Positions 22,369 through 31,826 of a stretch of 64,000 nt of DNA are shown piece after piece. Each line of letters opens with the position of its first letter. Positions within the stretch are counted from its first letter, which is position 1. The notes below the pieces were generated by a model that was given only the letters and a program-made list of their open reading frames with translations, searched no databases and had not been told where the DNA came from. Source of the DNA: an uncultured Verrucomicrobiae bacterium. Lineage in GTDB: Bacteria > Verrucomicrobiota > Verrucomicrobiia > Chthoniobacterales > UBA10450. The position numbers and the translations under genes are program-made. The stretch is from contig CAWFGO010000002.1 in the NCBI GenBank assembly GCA_963815455.1, positions 320,001 to 384,000 on the forward strand, in the 5' to 3' direction.

Positions 22369-23547
22369 ATGGGAATGTGGATCGGCCGCAATCGCAAAGC
22401 ACGGGTGACCTATGGGTTCGACGAAATCGCGCTCGTTCCCGGGCGGGTCACAATCAATCCAAACGAAGTCGACACGAGGTTTCGTTTGCCGCGAAAAAAC
22501 GGGGAGCCGCTCGAACTAAAGATTCCCATCCTGGCCAGCGCCATGGATGGCGTTGTCGATGTTCGATTCGCCATCGCAATGAGCAAACTCGGCGGACTGG
22601 CGGTGCTCAACCTCGAAGGCGTGCAGACCCGCTATAAGAATCCGCAGGAGGTCCTGCAAAAAATCGTCGATGCGGACAAGTCCGAGGTCACGGCGTTGTT
22701 GCAAAAAATTTATCAGGAACCGGTTCAGGAAAACCTGATTGCGGCCCGGATCCGGCAAATCAAAGATGGCGGTGCTCTGGCAGCGGTCAGCTCAATTCCC
22801 CAGCGGGCAGTCGAGTTTGGAAAAATCGCGCAAGAGGCTGGGGCGGACGTGTTCGTGGTGCAAAGCACGGTTTCGACCGTCCGGCACATGTCGTCCGAAT
22901 ATAAATCGCTCGAACTGGAACGGTTTTGCCGTGACATGCGCATTCCGGTGATTGTGGGTAACACCGTTGGATACGATGTGACATTCGAGATCATGGAATG
23001 CGGCCCGGCCGGGGTGTTGATCGGCGTGGGACCGGGAGCGGCTTGCACATCGCGGGGCGTGCTGGGCCTTGGCGTTCCTCAGGTCACGGCCTCGGTCGAT
23101 TGCGCGGCAGCCCGCGACGCTTATTTCAAGAAGACATCGCGTTACGTGCCAATCATCACCGACGGCGGAATGAGCAAGGGCGGCGACGTGTGCAAGGCTC
23201 TCGCTTGCGGCGCGGACGCAGTCATGGTCGGAAGCGCGTTTGCCAAGACGGAGGAAGCGCCGGGCCACGGTTATCATTGGGGAATGGCGACGCCGCACCA
23301 GAATCTCCCGCGCGGAACCCGGATCAAGGTCGGCACCACCGGTTCGTTAAAGCAGATTCTTTTTGGACCGGCCGCGGTCGACGACGGCAGTCAGAACCTC
23401 GTGGGCGCGATCACCACCTGCATGGGGAACGTCGGCGCGCGCGATCTGTCCGAATTTCAGCAGACCGAAATCATCATCGCGCCATCCATCAAGACAGAGG
23501 GAAAACTTTTCCAGACCGTACAAAGCGTCGGAATGGGAACGAACTAG
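22369..23547 (+). CDS. guaB3: GuaB3-family IMP dehydrogenase-related protein
   Basis: YGFDEIALVP, SAMDGVV, VLNLEG, GVGPGAACTSR, DGG and WGMATP motifs; no CBS domains. Confidence 0.9.
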   Translation: MGMWIGRNRKARVTYGFDEIALVPGRVTINPNEVDTRFRLPRKNGEPLELKIPILASAMDGVVDVRFAIAMSKLGGLAVLNLEGVQTRYKNPQEVLQKIVDADKSEVTALLQKIYQEPVQENLIAARIRQIKDGGALAAVSSIPQRAVEFGKIAQEAGADVFVVQSTVSTVRHMSSEYKSLELERFCRDMRIPVIVGNTVGYDVTFEIMECGPAGVLIGVGPGAACTSRGVLGLGVPQVTASVDCAAARDAYFKKTSRYVPIITDGGMSKGGDVCKALACGADAVMVGSAFAKTEEAPGHGYHWGMATPHQNLPRGTRIKVGTTGSLKQILFGPAAVDDGSQNLVGAITTCMGNVGARDLSEFQQTEIIIAPSIKTEGKLFQTVQSVGMGTN

Positions 23548-23552
23548 ATCGA

Positions 23553-23587
23553 AGTGATGAGTGACAAGTGACGAGTGACAAGTTAGT
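23553..23587. repeat. Heptamer tandem repeat (AGTGACA-like)
   Basis: agtgatg agtgaca agtgacg agtgaca agttagt. Reverse-complement copies occur at 38053-38078 and 31126-31143. Confidence 0.8.
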
Positions 23588-23636
23588 GGTTCTCGCCGCT
23601 TTCTAGCCCTTACCCAACAGCAGTCACTCCGCATTT

Positions 23637-24886
23637 ATGAATAACGATCGCAGAGTAGTCATCACTGGCATGGGCGTGATCACGCCGATCGGCAATGATC
23701 TGGAGACTTTCTGGTCGAATCTCAAAAACGGCGTCAGCGGCATTCGCAAGATCGAAGCGTTCGACACCGCTGATTACGATTGCCGAATCGCCGGCGAAGT
23801 GCGCGACTTCGACGCGAAACCATTTTTCAAGAATCCAAAGGACGTTCGGCGCACCGATCGTTTCACCCAATTCGCCATGGCGGCGGCGAAAATGGCGTTG
23901 GAGGACGGCGGCGTTGATGCGGAGAAACTCCAGCGCGATCGCTTCGGGGTGATCGTCAGCAGCGGTATCGGCGGGCTCAAAACGCTCCAGGACCAGCACA
24001 CGATCCTGCTGACGAAAGGGCCGTCGCGAAATTCTCCGTTCACGATCCCGATGCTGATCAGCAACATGGCCAGCGGGATGATCTCGATGGAATACGGTTT
24101 GCAAGGCCCGAACCTTTGCATTGTGACCGCCTGCGCGACTTCCAATAACGCCATTGGCGAATCGTGGCGCATGATTAAGTTCGGCGACGCGGATATGTTT
24201 CTCGCGGGCGGTTCGGAAGCATCGATTGTCGCGATTGGTCTGGCTGGGTTTTCCGCCATGAGAGCGCTTAGCCTCGCAATGACGAACCGGAGCGCGCCTC
24301 GCGCCCGTTCGACCGCGACCGGGATGGCTTTGTCATGGGGGAAGGCGCGGGCGTGGTCGTAGTAGAAGAACTCGAGCACGCCAAAGCGCGCGGCGCGAAG
24401 ATTTATTGCGAACTGGCCGGGTATGGTCTGAGCGCGGATGCTTATCACATGACAGCGCCGCCGCCGGATGGCGAAGGCGCGGCGCGAGCCATGCAAATGG
24501 CGCTCAAGCACGCCGGCATCGCCCCCGAGGAAGTCGATTACATCAACGCGCACGCCACCTCAACGGACATTGGCGACATTTGCGAGACCCGCGCGATCAA
24601 GAAGGTCTTCGGCGAGCATGCGCATAAAGTTGCGATCAGCGCGACGAAATCCATGACCGGTCACTTGCTAGGCGGGGCTGGCGCGATTGAAATGGCAGCC
24701 TGCGCTTTGAGTATTCGTGATTCGGTGATTCCACCAACGATCAATCTGGAAAATCCGGATGAGGCCTGCGATCTCGATTACACGCCAAAAGTTGCCCGGG
24801 AAAAGAAAGTGCGCGTCGCCTTGAATAATGCCTTCGGTTTCGGCGGGCATAATGCCACGCTCATCGCCAAGGCGTTCGAAAGTTAG
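23637..24886 (+). CDS. fabF: 3-oxoacyl-ACP synthase II (one frameshift near 24272)
   Basis: [14 protein letters not shown] (catalytic Cys), [16 protein letters not shown] and FGFGGHN motifs. Confidence 0.95.
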
Positions 24887-24927
24887 CCCCGACGATCCGA
24901 AGGCCCGCAACCACACCGATGTCGATC

Positions 24928-25395
24928 CTACTGATCGACAAAAATGGGCGCGGCGGTAATATCCGCGGCGGTAAACTCCAGACCGTGTCCGCCCTGTTGG
25001 AGATTTTTCAGGAGACCCGCCACACTCTGCGCGGCTTGAGACGCGTAAAAACGCACCAGGCCGACAGTGGTGCGTCCGCCAAACACGGTGATCATGATCG
25101 CATCTTCATCGACTGAATTCATGAACACATGGCTGCCGTTACCCTGATGGTAAAGCGCATTGAACTCGACCTCGCCTATGCGCCGGGCGAGTTCCCGCGT
25201 GGCCGCGAACGAGCCGGCGGCAAGCGCAGCGATGATCGTGACATCCATGGCGTTCATATCGCCGAACTGCGAGATAACGTTGCCGCCGCGATCGATCACG
25301 ACCGTCAATTCGGCTTCCGCCTTTTTCAAAAAATCGGCGAGCACGCCGTCAAGGGAGGCGACGTCTTCAATGGTCAGGACAGGGATCGCGCTCAT
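24928..25395 (-). CDS. mglB: MglB-like roadblock/LC7 protein (putative GAP)
   Basis: VIDRGGNVI, ALAAGSFAATRELARRIGEVEF, YHQG and TVGLVR resemble M. xanthus MglB; 4-bp overlap with mglA. Confidence 0.85.
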   Translation of the reverse strand: MSAIPVLTIEDVASLDGVLADFLKKAEAELTVVIDRGGNVISQFGDMNAMDVTIIAALAAGSFAATRELARRIGEVEFNALYHQGNGSHVFMNSVDEDAIMITVFGGRTTVGLVRFYASQAAQSVAGLLKNLQQGGHGLEFTAADITAAPIFVDQ

Positions 25396-26069
25396 GCAGG
25401 AGTGGGCGCGCTCGATTCGTGCGCCGAAGGCGGCTCGACCGGAATGGCGATCGGCGCCACCGGTCGCTGCGGGACGTCGCTTTGTTTGCTGAACTTATGG
25501 AGCAATATCTGGGAAACAGCGTTTAACGCGGCAAACACGTTCTGGCCGGTGCTGGAAATGACCTCAAAACTCTGGAGCCGCTTCTTCCGGTTGTTCATGG
25601 TGTACTCCATGTAATTCACTGGAGCGATATCGGGCAGGTCGCGCTTGTTGTATTCGAGCACTAATGGGACATCGTCGATGGCGACGTTCTGAAGTGAGAG
25701 ATTTTCCTCCAGATTCCTAAAGCTCTCGACGTTCTCCTCCATTTTTTCCCATTGGGAATCGGCCACGAACACGATGCCGTCGGTGCTGCGCAAAACCAGT
25801 TGGCGGGTGGCGTTGTAGATGACCTGGCCGGGAACGGTGTAGAGCTGAAACTTGGTCACGAAGCCCTTGATGACGACCGCATTGAGCGGCAGAAAATCGA
25901 AAAACAAGGTGCGATCCGATGCGGTCGCCAGCGAAACCATGTCGCCCCGGTTCTTCGGGCTGATCCGCTGGTGGATGTAAGCGAGATTGGTTGTCTTCCC
26001 GCAAAGGGCCGGCCCGTAGTAGACAATCTTAAATTGAATCTCGCGGCTGGCGTAATTGATGATCGACAT
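25392..26069 (-). CDS. mglA: MglA-family small GTPase
   Basis: KIVYYGPALCGKTTNL, DRTLFFDFLP, LYTVPGQV, DGIVFVADS and NKRDL are colinear with M. xanthus MglA; R53 and Q82 are retained. Confidence 0.95.
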   Translation of the reverse strand: MSIINYASREIQFKIVYYGPALCGKTTNLAYIHQRISPKNRGDMVSLATASDRTLFFDFLPLNAVVIKGFVTKFQLYTVPGQVIYNATRQLVLRSTDGIVFVADSQWEKMEENVESFRNLEENLSLQNVAIDDVPLVLEYNKRDLPDIAPVNYMEYTMNNRKKRLQSFEVISSTGQNVFAALNAVSQILLHKFSKQSDVPQRPVAPIAIPVEPPSAHESSAPTPA

Positions 26070-26078
26070 ATTCTCGGC

Positions 26079-28226
26079 TCAATCCCTTCCCTGTGGTCCC
26101 GTTTCGGCCAACTCCGGTTGCGCGTAGGTGCGCGAAAGTTTCTGGACGATGGCCGTGAGTTCCTCTTGCGTTTCGACGGCGAGGCTCGCGCCGCCGGCGT
26201 GCACCGCCGTCAGGCAAATATTGCCTTCCATGAAAAATGTGAGCGACGAATCCGCGCAGTGCAGCGTCATCGCCTTGAAGGCGCCGAGTTTCGTGTCGTT
26301 AACGTGCTGGCCGATTTTCTCCCAAAGCGAGGGCGTCATTGCGCAAACGCCATCGGCGCTCAGTTCGGCTGGAATATTTCCGGCCAGGGATAGGCCATCG
26401 GCAAAACTAATCGCGCAGGCCCCCACCCCCGGCAGCGTCACGGCGCGGGCAACGACTTGTTTGGCATCGATGTCTTCGGTCGGCACGGGCGAAACGTCCG
26501 CCGTTGCGGCGGCTTCTTTTTCTTCCGCTTGAGGTTCGGGGGTGGCAGACTTCTTCTCCGCGGCGGCGATGGCGTCGAAACGTTTCGCGTCTTCCTCCGC
26601 CTGGATCGAAAATGGCGTTTTAAATTCTTCCTTAACTCTGGTTGCGTCCTCCTGATCGGCCCGCGTCCGTAGAGCGCCGGAAGGGAGATGCCTTAAAATT
26701 TCCTGCAACGGCAGCGTCACCGGCGTTTCGTTTTGATCGATTATGAATAATCCGCGATGCATTTCGGGGATCGCGCGGTGGAAAGCCTTGGCCGAAACGA
26801 TCACGCGACCGCTGGCAAGCTGAGGCTCGATTAGCGACATTGGAAATTCGACCAAGACATTCTCGTCAACAGACATCGGGCTGCCGTTCAATTGGAAGGC
26901 CGGCACCTCTTGCAAGAGCAGTTGCAGCGGCACTGCTAACTTGGTCCCGCCATTTCTCGGGCCCGATTTGATAGAAACGGGCGGCGCCTTTTCTTTCGGC
27001 TCGACTCCCGGCACCAAAGTAAACTTCGGACGAATATCCTCGGACGGCGACGTGAACTTGAACGGAATCCGCGGGGTCTTGGCCAACTTGGAGGACTCCG
27101 CGCTGGTGGCGGTTGGTTCCTTCGAGGGCGACTCGTCTTCCGGCTGCTTCGGTTGCTCCGCCGCTGCAGGAGGGACGTCTTTCTCCACAGCGGGCGATTT
27201 CAGAACCGGCGAAGGAGTTGGAACGGGCGGCCCGCTTGAGGCTGGAACTATCTCAGAGGCGGGCACACCCGTCCCGTTCGGTGGAAGATGAAACGGTATT
27301 TTCTGGGGAGAAATTGGCCCAACGTCATGCTGCTTTTTTTCAGGGGACGGGGTCGATGCGCCGGCGGCGATCGATGTCGATCCTAACGCACCCAGATCTC
27401 GCATCGATATGGCCGGACGGGATTGCTGCGGCGTAAGTTGTCGTGCCACTTCGCGAACGGCCGCTTCCGGCTCGGCGGCGGCAAGCGTTAGCGCGGTAGC
27501 GGGCTCAACTTTCACCGGTGGAGCCGCCGAAGCTTGCAGCGGTTTTACCGGAGTCCCAAACCGCTCCGTATCTTCGAGCGTCACCGTGAGGAAAGGGGTC
27601 TCAAGTTGCGGCACCGCCTGTTCGCATACTTGATCGGCGCGCACCTTTAGATTGGCGAACTGTTCCAGCACTTTGGTGAACGGCAGCAAAACCGGGGTGG
27701 AATCGGCCTCGGGGACACTGGTGAGAAAAATTTCCGGCGCTTGCTGGTAGATGCTGGCAAGGGGAACACTCGGTTGACCGGTTGCCATTCCCTTCTCGAT
27801 CTCCGAGGCCTTTAGAATAATGGACCGGGCCGCATCGAAACTGTCCGGCGGCTTGATCGTTTCCCGAGGCAATTGGTCGAGGATGTCGCAAAGCTGAAGC
27901 GAGATAGCGCGTTCCGCGTGCGGCTCTGGCGCAATCGCGGCCGCCTTTGGCGATGAGCGCGAGATTTTTTGAGAAGAATCGAGTGATATTGTGCGCGGCC
28001 CTGGAATCGTCGCGGGCTTTCCTATTGGCGCGGCACCACCGCGGGGTTCGAATCCAGCGGAGGCCATCCGCGCCCGCGCGGTGTTCGGCAACACTGTCTT
28101 GCTCAGGCGCTGGTCGCTCGGTTTTTCGACACGAACGATCCCCGACGGCGTGTGCTTGGTTACATGAACCAGGGGGAACAGCCGCTCTTTCACATTTTTA
28201 AAAAGATCGAGGAATGGAATCGTCAT
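26079..28226 (-). CDS. 715-aa protein: two copies of an unknown domain, Pro-rich linkers and a C-terminal roadblock-like domain
   Basis: Internal duplication (PVLLPFTKVLEQF...RADQ...ETPF...EDTERF versus PVTLPLQEILRHL...RADQ...KTPF...EDAKRF); C-terminal LPGVGACAISFADGLSLAG...CLTAVH. Confidence 0.8.
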   Translation of the reverse strand: MTIPFLDLFKNVKERLFPLVHVTKHTPSGIVRVEKPSDQRLSKTVLPNTARARMASAGFEPRGGAAPIGKPATIPGPRTISLDSSQKISRSSPKAAAIAPEPHAERAISLQLCDILDQLPRETIKPPDSFDAARSIILKASEIEKGMATGQPSVPLASIYQQAPEIFLTSVPEADSTPVLLPFTKVLEQFANLKVRADQVCEQAVPQLETPFLTVTLEDTERFGTPVKPLQASAAPPVKVEPATALTLAAAEPEAAVREVARQLTPQQSRPAISMRDLGALGSTSIAAGASTPSPEKKQHDVGPISPQKIPFHLPPNGTGVPASEIVPASSGPPVPTPSPVLKSPAVEKDVPPAAAEQPKQPEDESPSKEPTATSAESSKLAKTPRIPFKFTSPSEDIRPKFTLVPGVEPKEKAPPVSIKSGPRNGGTKLAVPLQLLLQEVPAFQLNGSPMSVDENVLVEFPMSLIEPQLASGRVIVSAKAFHRAIPEMHRGLFIIDQNETPVTLPLQEILRHLPSGALRTRADQEDATRVKEEFKTPFSIQAEEDAKRFDAIAAAEKKSATPEPQAEEKEAAATADVSPVPTEDIDAKQVVARAVTLPGVGACAISFADGLSLAGNIPAELSADGVCAMTPSLWEKIGQHVNDTKLGAFKAMTLHCADSSLTFFMEGNICLTAVHAGGASLAVETQEELTAIVQKLSRTYAQPELAETGPQGRD

Positions 28227-28229
28227 CTC

Positions 28230-29948
28230 TTAGCGGTCCTCCGATGTTACGCGCCAGATTTCCTCCAGCGTGGTGATTCCTTCGAGCGCTTTTTCAATTC
28301 CAACCATGCGCAACGTCTTCATTCCTTCGGTGACAGCTTGATTCTTGATCACGGCTGCTGAAGCGCGCTTGATCACCAAACGCCGCACCGTCTCGCTCAC
28401 GGGCAAAGCTTCGATAATTGCGACCCGGCCAAGGTAACCGCGCCCTTTGCAACGGTCGCACCCGCTGCCTTGGTAAAAAACTGTTCCGCTCTTGTCCTGG
28501 AGCGCGAGTCTCTCCAGCATTTCCGGTTCGGGGACAAATTCTTCCTGGCAATTGCTACAGATGCGCCGGACGAGACGCTGGGCGCAGCTCATCAGGATGG
28601 AACTCGAAATCAGGAACGGCTCGATGCCCATGTCATCCAAACGGGTAATTGCGCCTGCCGCATCGTTCGTGTGCAACGTGCTCAAGACCTGGTGACCGGT
28701 CAGCGCGGCTTTGACCGCGATATCGGCTGTCTCGTTGTCGCGAATTTCTCCCACCATCACGATGTCCGGGTCCTGGCGCAGGATGGAGCGCAGAGCGGAA
28801 GCAAAATCGAGCCCGATATCGCTGCGCACCGCCACCTGGTTGACGCCCATCAGCTCGTACTCGATCGGGTCTTCCACCGTTACGATGTTATATTCGGGGT
28901 TGTTCAGCTCGTGCAGAACCGAGTAGAGCGTTGTGGTTTTTCCCGAGCCGGTGGGTCCAGTCACCAGAATCATTCCGTGCGGTGCGTCGATCGACTTTTT
29001 GAACTTGGATAGCGTGTCCTGGTCCATACCCAACTGGTCGATCCCGCCGCTCAGAGAAGCCTTGTCCAGAATTCGGATCACGATTTTTTCGCCATGCGCA
29101 GTGGGGAGGATCGAGATACGCAGATCGACTTCCTTGCCCATCACCCGGATCCGGAACCGGCCATCTTGCGGGAGACGGCGCTCGGCGATGTTAAGTCCCG
29201 CCAAAATTTTGATGCGCGACGTGATGGCCAATTGCAACGCCTTCGGCGGCGATTCGGCCGGGATGAGCTCGCCGTCTATTCGGTAGCGTAATTTGAGCGC
29301 GGTGTGAAATGGCTCGATATGAATATCGGAAGCTTTTTCCTTCACCGCCTGGGCCAGGATCAAATTCACGATCTTGATGACCGGCGCGTCTTCGCTGTCG
29401 GAAGCCAGCCGATCGAGATCGATGTCCTCCCGCTTGGCGACCTGCACTTCCACCTCGCCCGCTTGCACCGCTTCGTCGGAAACTTGTTTGAGCACGGCGC
29501 TCATATTGCCCGCGCCGTGAATTCCGCTGAGCGTCTCAACCACGGCTTTTTCCGTGGCAATCATCGGCACGATCTCGAGTTGGACCCGGCGTTTCAGATC
29601 GTCCAGCGCGAGGACGTTCGTGGGATCGGCCATGGCCACGAAAAGTTTTCCATTCAGACGCGCGATCGGCAGCAGCTTGTTCGCTTTGGCCATTTCCCGC
29701 GGCACCAGTTCCATGACCTCCTCGGGTACACGCAACCGCGTCAGATTGATCGGCGGCGTGTTCAGACAACGCCCCATGCTAAAGGCCATGTCCTGCTCGG
29801 TAACGAATTGGCGATCCGTTAAAATCTTTAAGAGCCGGCCGCCTTCGTTCTTCTGAATTTCAACCGCTTCGTGCAGTTGATTGGGCAGAAGCAGTCCGTC
29901 CTCGATCAGGACATCGGCGATGCGTTCTCCGAAAGATTTACTTTTCAT
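28230..29948 (-). CDS. pilB: PilB/GspE-family type IV pilus assembly ATPase
   Basis: N-terminal MshEN/T2SSE_N region, ASDIHIEP, ERRLPQDGR, GPTGSGKTT, TVEDPIE, LRQDPDIVMVGEIRD, His box and Zn motif CSNC...CDRC. Confidence 0.93.
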   Translation of the reverse strand: MKSKSFGERIADVLIEDGLLLPNQLHEAVEIQKNEGGRLLKILTDRQFVTEQDMAFSMGRCLNTPPINLTRLRVPEEVMELVPREMAKANKLLPIARLNGKLFVAMADPTNVLALDDLKRRVQLEIVPMIATEKAVVETLSGIHGAGNMSAVLKQVSDEAVQAGEVEVQVAKREDIDLDRLASDSEDAPVIKIVNLILAQAVKEKASDIHIEPFHTALKLRYRIDGELIPAESPPKALQLAITSRIKILAGLNIAERRLPQDGRFRIRVMGKEVDLRISILPTAHGEKIVIRILDKASLSGGIDQLGMDQDTLSKFKKSIDAPHGMILVTGPTGSGKTTTLYSVLHELNNPEYNIVTVEDPIEYELMGVNQVAVRSDIGLDFASALRSILRQDPDIVMVGEIRDNETADIAVKAALTGHQVLSTLHTNDAAGAITRLDDMGIEPFLISSSILMSCAQRLVRRICSNCQEEFVPEPEMLERLALQDKSGTVFYQGSGCDRCKGRGYLGRVAIIEALPVSETVRRLVIKRASAAVIKNQAVTEGMKTLRMVGIEKALEGITTLEEIWRVTSEDR

Positions 29949-29954
29949 GCACGC

Positions 29955-30839
29955 TTAAGCCCGCGACTCGAGCCGGTAAATTCCCTGTAAACTTTTTACG
30001 ATCGCCGCCGGCCGGGCCAGGTACCAGGTCACGGTGTAATCGACCGATTGTTGCACCGCTTCGCGTCCGGCCGAATCGAACGGATTGCAGCACGCCACCA
30101 TCATCGTGCGACTGACCAGATCGAATGGCACGAAAAGACGACCGAGCGTCAGATAATCAGGCACCATCGGTGCGATCTGCCGGTCGACGTCGTAATATTC
30201 CAACGGCACGTAGGCAAACTTCGTCCGGTCGATCAGCGCCGAAAGCACCTTCTCCAGCTTCTCGACGTTCCCCTTGCAAAGCTGATCCAAAAGGGACTGG
30301 GCCAGCGCCTGGCCGGTCAAGTTCTTGTTCTGGTGCTCCACCACTTCCAGCACCGGCTTCACTTCTTCTTCGGGAAAGAGCTGTTGCACGATCAAAAATT
30401 TCGCCAGTTGATCCGTGCCGCGGTCGTGCAGGTTGGCCAGTTTGCCCACGTGGGAGCCGCCGCGAATGTCGATCAACGCCCCCTCCGTTCCGGTCGCGCC
30501 GTTAGTTCCTCCGGCTTTCGCAATCTCCGCGCCGGATGCTTGCAAACGCACTTCGATTTCGCCCAGCATGGCGAGGATATCTCCCGCGTTCGGTTCCTTC
30601 ACCAGGATCATCTCGCATTCCTCCATCGCCAGCGTGTAAGAACCGGCGGTGAAATAAGCCTCGGCCAATCGCCGGGAAGCACGCAAACAATCGTCGTGCC
30701 GCCCCACTTTTTGGTAAGCTTCCTTCAGAATTTCCAGCGATTGATAGTCGTCGGGTTGAGTTTGAGTGATAGCCTCAAACATCTCGATCGTCTGGACGAT
30801 CTGGTTGTGTTCTTGCTCCGACAGAGGGTGTTCCAGCAC
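29955..30839 (-). CDS. TPR-like plus T2SSE_N-like domain protein
   Basis: N-terminal helical repeats (PDDYQSLEILKEAYQKVG, LAEAYFTAGSY, EPNAGDILAMLGEI). The C-terminus (VPLEYYDVD...LFVPFD...MMVACCNPFD...LARPAAI) parallels the PilB N-domain. Confidence 0.75.
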   Translation of the reverse strand: MLEHPLSEQEHNQIVQTIEMFEAITQTQPDDYQSLEILKEAYQKVGRHDDCLRASRRLAEAYFTAGSYTLAMEECEMILVKEPNAGDILAMLGEIEVRLQASGAEIAKAGGTNGATGTEGALIDIRGGSHVGKLANLHDRGTDQLAKFLIVQQLFPEEEVKPVLEVVEHQNKNLTGQALAQSLLDQLCKGNVEKLEKVLSALIDRTKFAYVPLEYYDVDRQIAPMVPDYLTLGRLFVPFDLVSRTMMVACCNPFDSAGREAVQQSVDYTVTWYLARPAAIVKSLQGIYRLESRA

Positions 30840-31000
30840 AACGGGCTGTAAAAGCCAGAAACATGCCCCGACTGGCTAATCCCCCGAAAATCGCTCTTAA
30901 AATTGCGAATTTCTCAGCGCTGCAACCGAATCGCGCAAAAACGCCGGAAATCAGGGAACCGGTGCGAGGTCGCCTGTGTCGGACGCACATCCGCGCTATT

Positions 31001-31027
31001 TGTAGCGGCGGTGTCTGACCGTCGCAC
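31001..31027. repeat. GTAG-type REP (TGTAGCGGCGGTGTCTGACCGTCGC)
   Basis: Hairpin; near-identical copy at 51549. Confidence 0.75.
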
Positions 31028-31166
31028 TTAAGTCCGGAACCCGCCTGTCCCATTTATCCCAACTACGTTGGACGCATCCCCGCGTTTCCATTCGCCATGG
31101 TTGCCCTCGACCTCCGGTCCCTGATTGCCACTCGTCACTCGTCCGTCCTTTTGATATATTCACGCC

Positions 31167-31826
31167 GTGGAATCGTGCCGCGCTCGTCACTCTGCCTTCA
31201 CCCTGCTCGAACTCCTCGTGGTCATGGGAATAATCGCGCTCCTGCTCCTGGCCGTGATCCCGGCGGTCACGTCGATCTCAAAATCCAGCGGGCGCAAAGG
31301 CGCGATCAACAATCTGCTGGGGGCCATCGAGCAAGCCCGGACCGAAGCGATCAAGACTGGCCAGGCGGCGTATATCGTTTTCCCTGCGTTCGCCACCGGG
31401 TCGCAAACGACACTCGATCGCTACAACTACAAATCGTACGCAATCTTTCAGGACGATCCGGCGAATCCGGCCACGCCGAAACAGCTCGCAAATTGGAAAA
31501 CGTTCGCGACCGGTGTTGCGCTCAGGGCAGCCGGCCCCACCCCTCTCTCCGACCTGGCCGACCCCGCGACGCTCACTCCGGCGGTCACATTCAAGTTCAC
31601 GCCGGAAGAAGGCGCGGACACATCAGGGTTTCGTTGCATCAAGTTCAACGCAAACGGCGAAGTGGAAGGGCCCGCCGGCACTGGTAAGATCACGCTGGCC
31701 ATCTTCGAAGGATATGTAAATGGGGGCACCGAAGTCGTCACATCAGCAAGGACGGGCGGCGAACCAGCAGCCACGGAGTCGATAACCATCGCGCGCCTTA
31801 CCGGCCGCGCCGAACGCGGACCATGA
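31167..31826 (+). CDS. Prepilin, FimU/GspH-like (Verru_Chthon cassette D-like)
   Basis: Class III signal RHSA|FTLLELLVVMGII, AIEQARTEA and IKFNANGE. Confidence 0.85.
   Translation: MESCRARHSAFTLLELLVVMGIIALLLLAVIPAVTSISKSSGRKGAINNLLGAIEQARTEAIKTGQAAYIVFPAFATGSQTTLDRYNYKSYAIFQDDPANPATPKQLANWKTFATGVALRAAGPTPLSDLADPATLTPAVTFKFTPEEGADTSGFRCIKFNANGEVEGPAGTGKITLAIFEGYVNGGTEVVTSARTGGEPAATESITIARLTGRAERGP

Noticed and set aside
28043..28056. GGGGTTCGAATCC, resembling a tRNA T-arm
   Set aside because: No acceptor, D or anticodon stems are apparent, and it lies inside the 715-aa CDS.
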